From Auanema rhodensis (Eukaryota > Animalia > Nematoda), in the NCBI GenBank assembly GCA_964057225.1, contig OZ059894.1, positions 8,556,001 through 8,620,000 of the forward strand: a DNA stretch of 64,000 bases, in the 5' to 3' direction. Of the stretch, positions 57,284-64,000 are shown in pieces. Below the pieces are notes generated by a model. It did not search any database and had not been told where the DNA came from. It saw only the letters and a program-made list of their open reading frames with translations. The position numbers were made by a program, and so were the translations under genes. Position 1 is the stretch's first letter; every line of letters begins with the position of its first letter.

Positions 57284-57613
57284 ATGCCTAACAAAAGTCA
57301 GAATACGTCTGCACCAAAAAAGCAGAACAACTCTAAAGTGAAGTACAGAAAAATGGAAGAAGACATGAAATGTCAACTCTGTTGGAAGAAGGGCCACACC
57401 ATGGGAAAATGCACAGTCTACAAGACTGCAGCACAACGCGTCAAGCGTTGCAAGTTGATCAACATGTGCTTGAAGTGTTTGCGGAACCACTTTGGAAAAC
57501 CGTGTGTGGAGAAGATGAAGAAAATATGTCATGTGTGCAAAGGAAGCGGACTGGACCACGATCATCCTGGTGTATTATGCAAGCTGCAGTTTGCGGAGGA
57601 ACTAGCAGAATGA
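57284..57613 (+). CDS. 3' accessory triple zinc-knuckle ORF, copy B
   Basis: Identical to 36941-37270. Confidence 0.75.
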   Translation: MPNKSQNTSAPKKQNNSKVKYRKMEEDMKCQLCWKKGHTMGKCTVYKTAAQRVKRCKLINMCLKCLRNHFGKPCVEKMKKICHVCKGSGLDHDHPGVLCKLQFAEELAE

Positions 57614-57646
57614 AATCAGTTCTGATTTCTCTCTCCTGGCCCGGAA

Positions 57647-58058
57647 TATCGCGAATGCGATTATCCATCATTCAATCGATGCAATCTCATCACGTTGGCT
57701 GATGAGATTCACGGGCACTCTGTTTTATACCACCGTCGCGGACGGTCGCTTTTCTCTCTCCTCGTTGCTGTCTTTATCTTATGACTCATCTAGTCTGAAC
57801 CACCGTTTTATCCTTGTCCTTTAGTAAGACTATCTCTAGTCTCATTAGTGATGTATATCTAGTCTTATTACATTCACTCTAGTCTTCTATGTATTTTATC
57901 TAGTCTTATTATATATCTTCTAGTCCTTATATTCTGTATTATGTATATCTGAATGGCATATGAATGAATCTTTCTTCCTCTAATAGTATTTTACGTTAAC
58001 AGGGCATAGAATAGAAAGTGTGAACCTGGGAGGCTATTTGAAGAGCCCTCTATCTTCA
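57647..58058 (+). repeat. 3' LTR of copy B
   Basis: Preceded by PPT-like GGCCCGGAA; repeat of 49944-50355. Confidence 0.92.
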
Positions 58059-58061
58059 AAA

Positions 58062-59256
58062 TATATTATATTCCCACAATTTCACAAAATCTCTCTTATT
58101 TTTGAAAATTACTTCTAAACTTTATGGCCGAATGGTCTAGGGGTATGATTCTCGCTTCGGGTGTGAGAGGTCCCGGGTTCAATTCCCGGTTCGGCCCAAT
58201 TTTTGATTTGATAACTGAATTCGAAGTGTTATTGATTCTCATTCATACTGTAATCATCAAGCTTTGTCCTTTTTGTAAAAAAATGACTAAACAAGTTAAA
58301 GAATATATTATATTCCCACAATTTCACAAAATCTCTCTTATTTATGAAAATTACTTCTAAACTTTATGGCCGAATGGTCTAGGGGTATGATTCTCGCTTC
58401 GGGTGCGAGAGGTCCCGGGTTCAATTCTCGGTTCGGCCCAATTTTTGATTTGATAACTGAATTCGAAGTGTTATTGATTCTCATTCATACTGTAATCATC
58501 AAGCTTTGTCCTTTTTGTAAAAAAATGACTAAACAAGTTAAAGAATATATTATATTCCCACAATTTCACAAAATCTCTCTTATTTTTGAAAATTACTTCT
58601 AAACTTTATGGCCGAATGGTCTAGGGGTATGATTCTCGCTTCGGGTGTGAGAGGTCCCGGGTTCAATTCCCGGTTCGGCCCAATTTTTGATTTGATAACT
58701 GAATTCGAAGTGTTATTGATTCTCATTCATACTGTAATCATCAAGCTTTGTCCTTTTTGTAAAAAAATGACTAAACAAGTTAAAGAATATATTATATTCC
58801 CACAATTTCACAAAATCTCTCTTATTTATGAAAATTACTTCTAAACTTTATGGCCGAATGGTCTAGGGGTATGATTCTCGCTTCGGGTGCGAGAGGTCCC
58901 GGGTTCAATTCTCGGTTCGGCCCAATTTTTGATTTGATAACTGAATTCGAAGTGTTATTGATTCTCATTCATACTGTAATCATCAAGCTTTGTCCTTTTT
59001 GTAAAAAAATGACTAAACAAGTTAAAGAATATATTATAAATTAACAATTTCACAAAATCTCTCTTATTTTTGAAAATTACTTCTAAACTTTATGGCCGAA
59101 TGGTCTAGGGGTATGATTCTCGCTTCGGGTGTGAGAGGTCCCGGGTTCAATTCCCGGTTCAGCCCAATTTTTTGATTTGATAACTCAAATCGAAGTATTA
59201 ATGATTCTGATTCATAATCTAATCATCACGCTTTGTCCTTTTTTGTAAAAAAATGA
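58062..59256 (+). repeat. tRNA-Pro(CGG) array block (5 copies)
   Basis: Starts at 58126, 58368, 58610, 58852, 59094. Confidence 0.96.
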
Positions 59257-60080
59257 TGTTCCATACGTGTCCTATAAGTAGAGCGATTGACAACGTCAAT
59301 CGCTTATAAAACGGAATATTATAAAAACAAATAGCTGACGCTACATTTGAGAAACAGGAATTCAATGCAACAATGAACGAACACTTTTTCATATTAAGTT
59401 TAATTAAAGAAAGCCCAATTCAAGCGGAACCAAGTTCCGCGGACCTGATATAACCACTTTTTATGCTCGTAAGGAATACTATATAAGGTTTCCTTACGAG
59501 TTCTTTGGGCTGCGACTAGGAATCATTATGTAACTTTTATTATTGTAATTTGTATACTTTATCATGAATAAACCTTTCTCTCTATACTCTTTATCATTTA
59601 TATTTGGAAGAAAAGAAAGTAATTCCATGTGGTTACCCAGCCGGAACCCTGGGGAACCACCATGGAACGTTCCATACGTGTCCTATAAGTAGAGCGATTG
59701 ACAACGTCAATCGCTTATAAAACGGAACATTATAAAAACAAATAGCTGACGCTACATTTGAGAAACAGGAATTCAATGCAACAATGAACGAACACTTTTT
59801 CATATTAAGTTTAATTAAAGAAAGCCCAATTCAAGCGGAACCAAGTTCCGCGGACCTGATATAACCACTTTTTATGCTCGTAAGGAATACTATATAAGGT
59901 TTCCTTACGAGTCCTTTGGGCTGCGACTAGGAATCATTATGTAACTTTTATTATTGTAATTTGTATACTTTATCATGAATAAACCTTTCTCTCTATACTC
60001 TTTATCATTTATATTTGGAAGAAAAGAAAGTAATTCCATGTGGTTACCCAGCCGGAACCCTGGGGAACCACCATGGAACG
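59257..60080 (+). mobile_element. Head-to-tail dimer of a 413-bp LTR-like unit with 4-bp TSD ATGA
   Basis: 59257-59669 and 59668-60080 overlap at CG; ends (T/C)GTTCCAT...ATGGAACG; TTATTGTAAT and AATAAACCTTTCT shared with the gypsy LTR at 5541; TSD at 59253-59256 and 60081-60084. Confidence 0.8.
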
Positions 60081-63000
60081 ATGACTAAAGAAGTTGAAGA
60101 ATATATTATATTCCCACAATTTCACAAAATCTCTCTTATTTTTGAAAATTACTTCTAAACTTTATGGCCGAATGGTCTAGGGGTATGATTCTCGCTTCGG
60201 GTGCGAGAGGTCCCGGGTTCAATTCCCGGTTCGGCCCAATTTTTGATTTGATAACTGAAATCGAAGTATTAATGATTCTGATTCATAATCTAATCATCAC
60301 GCTTTGTCCTTTTTTGTAAAAAAATGACTAAACAAGTTAAAGAATATATTATAAATTAACAATTTCACAAAATCTCTCTTATTTTTTGAAAATTACTTCT
60401 AAACTTTATGGCTGAATGGTCTAGGGGTATGATTCTCGCTTCGGGTGCGAGAGGTCCCGGGTTCAATTCCCGGTTCGGCCCAATTTTTGATTTGATAACT
60501 GAAATCGAAGTATTAATGATTCTGATTCATAATCTAATCATCACGCTTTGTCCTTTTTTGTAAAAAAATGACTAAAGAAGTTGAAGAATATATTATATTC
60601 CCACAATTTCACAAAATCTCTCTTATTTTTTGAAAATTACTTCTAAACTTTATGGCCGAATGGTCTAGGGGTATGATTCTCGCTTCGGGTGCGAGAGGTC
60701 CCGGGTTCAATTCCCGGTTCGGCCCAATTTTTTGATTTGATAACTGAAATCGAAGTATTAATGATTCTGATTCATAATCTAATCATCACGCTTTGTCCTT
60801 TTTTGTAAAAAAATGACTAAACAAGTTAAAGAATATATTATAAATTAACAATTTCACAAAATCTCTCTTATTTTTTGAAAATTACTTCTAAACTTTATGG
60901 CCGAATGGTCTAGGGGTATGATTCTCGCTTCGGGTGCGAGAGGTCCCGGGTTCAATTCCCGGTTCGGCCCAATTTTTGATTTGATAACTGAAATCGAAGT
61001 ATTAATGATTCTGATTCATAATCTAATCATCAAGCTTTGTCCTTTTTGTAAAAAAATGACTAAACAAGTTAAAGAATATATTATATTCCCACAATTTCAC
61101 AAAATCTCTCTTATTTATGAAAATTACTTCTAAACTTTATGGCCGAATGGTCTAGGGGTATGATTCTCGCTTCGGGTGCGAGAGGTCCCGGGTTCAATTC
61201 TCGGTTCGGCCCAATTTTTGATTTGATAACTGAATTCGAAGTGTTATTGATTCTCATTCATACTGTAATCATCAAGCTTTGTCCTTTTTGTAAAAAAATG
61301 ACTAAACAAGTTAAAGAATATATTATAAATTAACAATTTCACAAAATCTCTCTTATTTTTGAAAATTACTTCTAAACTTTATGGCCGAATGGTCTAGGGG
61401 TATGATTCTCGCTTCGGGTGTGAGAGGTCCCGGGTTCAATTCCCGGTTCAGCCCAATTTTTTGATTTGATAACTCAAATCGAAGTATTAATGATTCTGAT
61501 TCATAATCTAATCATCACGCTTTGTCCTTTTTTGTAAAAAAATGACTAAAGAAGTTGAAGAATATATTATATTCCCACAATTTCACAAAATCTCTCTTAT
61601 TTTTGAAAATTACTTCTAAACTTTATGGCCGAATGGTCTAGGGGTATGATTCTCGCTTCGGGTGCGAGAGGTCCCGGGTTCAATTCCCGGTTCGGCCCAA
61701 TTTTTGATTTGATAACTGAAATCGAAGTATTAATGATTCTGATTCATAATCTAATCATCACGCTTTGTCCTTTTTTGTAAAAAAATGACTAAACAAGTTA
61801 AAGAATATATTATAAATTAACAATTTCACAAAATCTCTCTTATTTTTTGAAAATTACTTCTAAACTTTATGGCCGAATGGTCTAGGGGTATGATTCTCGC
61901 TTCGGGTGCGAGAGGTCCCGGGTTCAATTCCCGGTTCGGCCCAATTTTTGATTTGATAACTGAAATCGAAGTATTAATGATTCTGATTCATAATCTAATC
62001 ATCACGCTTTGTCCTTTTTTGTAAAAAAATGACTAAAGAAGTTGAAGAATATATTATATTCCCACAATTTCACAAAATCTCTCTTATTTTTTGAAAATTA
62101 CTTCTAAACTTTATGGCCGAATGGTCTAGGGGTATGATTCTCGCTTCGGGTGCGAGAGGTCCCGGGTTCAATTCCCGGTTCGGCCCAATTTTTTGATTTG
62201 ATAACTGAAATCGAAGTATTAATGATTCTGATTCATAATCTAATCATCACGCTTTGTCCTTTTTTGTAAAAAAATGACTAAACAAGTTAAAGAATATATT
62301 ATAAATTAACAATTTCACAAAATCTCTCTTATTTTTTGAAAATTACTTCTAAACTTTATGGCCGAATGGTCTAGGGGTATGATTCTCGCTTCGGGTGCGA
62401 GAGGTCCCGGGTTCAATTCCCGGTTCGGCCCAATTTTTGATTTGATAACTGAAATCGAAGTATTAATGATTCTGATTCATAATCTAATCATCACGCTTTG
62501 TCCTTTTTTGTAAAAAAATGACTAAAGAAGTTGAAGAATATATTATATTCCCACAATTTCACAAAATCTCTCTTATTTTTTGAAAATTACTTCTAAACTT
62601 TATGGCCGAATGGTCTAGGGGTATGATTCTCGCTTCGGGTGCGAGAGGTCCCGGGTTCAATTCCCGGTTCGGCCCAATTTTTGATTTGATAACTGAAATC
62701 GAAGTATTAATGATTCTGATTCATTATCTAATCTTCACGCTTTGTCCTTTCTTGTAAAAAAATGACTAAACAAGTTAAAGAATATATTATAAATTAACAA
62801 TTTCACAAAATCTCTCTTATTTTTTGAAAATTACTTCTAAACTTTATGGCCGAATGGTCTAGGGGTATGATTCTCGCTTCGGGTGCGAGAGGTCCCGGGT
62901 TCAATTCCCGGTTCGGCCCAATTTTTTGATTTGTTATCTCAAATCGAAGTATTAATGATTCTCATTCATAATGTAATCATCAAGCTTTGTCCTTTTTTGT

Positions 63001-64000
63001 AAAAAAATGACTAAACAAGTTAAAGAATATATTATATTCCCACAATTTCACAAAAACTCTCCTATTTTTTGAAAATTACTTCTAAACTTTATGGCCGAAT
63101 GGTCTAGGGGTATGATTCTCGCTTCGGGTGCGAGAGGTCCCGGGTTCAATTCCCGGTTCGGCCCAATTTTTGATTTGATAACTGAAATCGAAGTATTAAT
63201 GATTCTGATTCATTATCTAATCATCACGCTTTGTCCTTTCTTGTAAAAAAATGACTAAACAAGTTAAAGAATATATTATAAATTAACAATTTCACAAAAT
63301 CTCTCTTATTTATGAAAATTACTTCTAAACTTTATGGCCGAATGGTCTAGGGGTATGATTCTCGCTTCGGGTGCGAGAGGTCCCGGGTTCAATTCTCGGT
63401 TCGGCCCAATTTTTGATTTGATAACTGAAATCGAAGTGTTATTGATTCTCATTCATAATGTAATCATCAAGCTTTGTCCTTTCTGTAAAAAAATGACTAA
63501 ACAAGTTAAAGAATATATTATAAATTAACAATTTCACAAAATCTCTCATTTTTTTTGAAAATTACTTCTAAACTTTATGGCCGAATGGTCTAAGGGTATG
63601 ATTCTCGCTTCGGGTGCGAGAGGTCCCGGGTTCAATTCTCGGTTCGGCCCAATTTTTGATTTGATAACTGAAATCGAAGTATTAATGATTCTGATTCATA
63701 ATCTAATCATCACGCTTTGTCCTTTTTTGTAAAAAAATGACTAAACAAGTTAAAGAATATATTATAAATTAACAATTTCACAAAATCTCTCTTATTTTTG
63801 AAAATTACTTCTAAACTTTATGGCCGAATGGTCTAGGGGTATGATTCTCGCTTCGGGTGCGAGAGGTCCCGGGTTCAATTCTCGGTTCGGCCCAATTTTT
63901 GATTTGATAACTGAAATCGAAGTGTTATTGATTCTCATTCATAATGTAATCATCAAGCTTTGTCCTTTCTGTAAAAAAATGACTAAACAAGTTAAAGAAT
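60081..64000 (+). repeat. tRNA-Pro(CGG) array block (16 copies, continues past the window end)
   Basis: Starts at 60166 ... 63822. Confidence 0.96.

Larger units (their letters stand above)
49944..58061 (+). mobile_element. Pol-less BEL/Pao envelope derivative, copy B, with internal inverted LTR
   Basis: 412-bp LTRs 49944-50355 and 57647-58058; TATAT duplication (49939-49943, 58062-58066); internal region near-identical to copy A. Confidence 0.92.

Noticed and set aside
36492-58061. Copies A and B as one inverted segmental duplication
   Set aside because: Different target sites and duplications, copy-specific LTR variants, and the array keeps the same orientation around both
30392-63528. 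Repeated 64-78 aa ORFs (MAEWSRGMILASG...)
   Set aside because: Chance translation through the tRNA gene and spacer; open only in units with particular homopolymer lengths

Overview
Eukaryotic DNA, most likely nematode (inferred from the tRNA-Pro sequence type and the BEL/Pao elements with phlebovirus-like env). The backbone is a tandem array of about 116 full-length tRNA-Pro(CGG) genes in 242-245 bp units. It runs on the minus strand at 1-5540 and the plus strand from 8438, and contains a 22-unit (~5.3 kb) higher-order duplication. Seven LTR-derived insertions interrupt it: (1) a chimeric Ty3/gypsy deletion derivative at the strand-switch point; (2-3) two duplicated copies of a related 5'-truncated gypsy derivative with a Gag-integrase-CTD fusion; (4) a complete young BEL/Pao element with gag-pol-env plus a 3' zinc-knuckle ORF; (5-6) two independently inserted copies of a pol-less BEL derivative encoding Gn/Gc envelope and a zinc-knuckle ORF, with abnormal junctions; (7) a head-to-tail LTR dimer with a 4-bp TSD. 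The most notable points are a possible helper/envelope-satellite pair of BEL elements, integrase-atypical junctions, a second tRNA-Gly anticodon-arm anchor next to a PBS, gypsy LTRs ending in CG, and a Pro-to-Thr anticodon-switched tRNA copy. All calls are by eye; no database searches were run.
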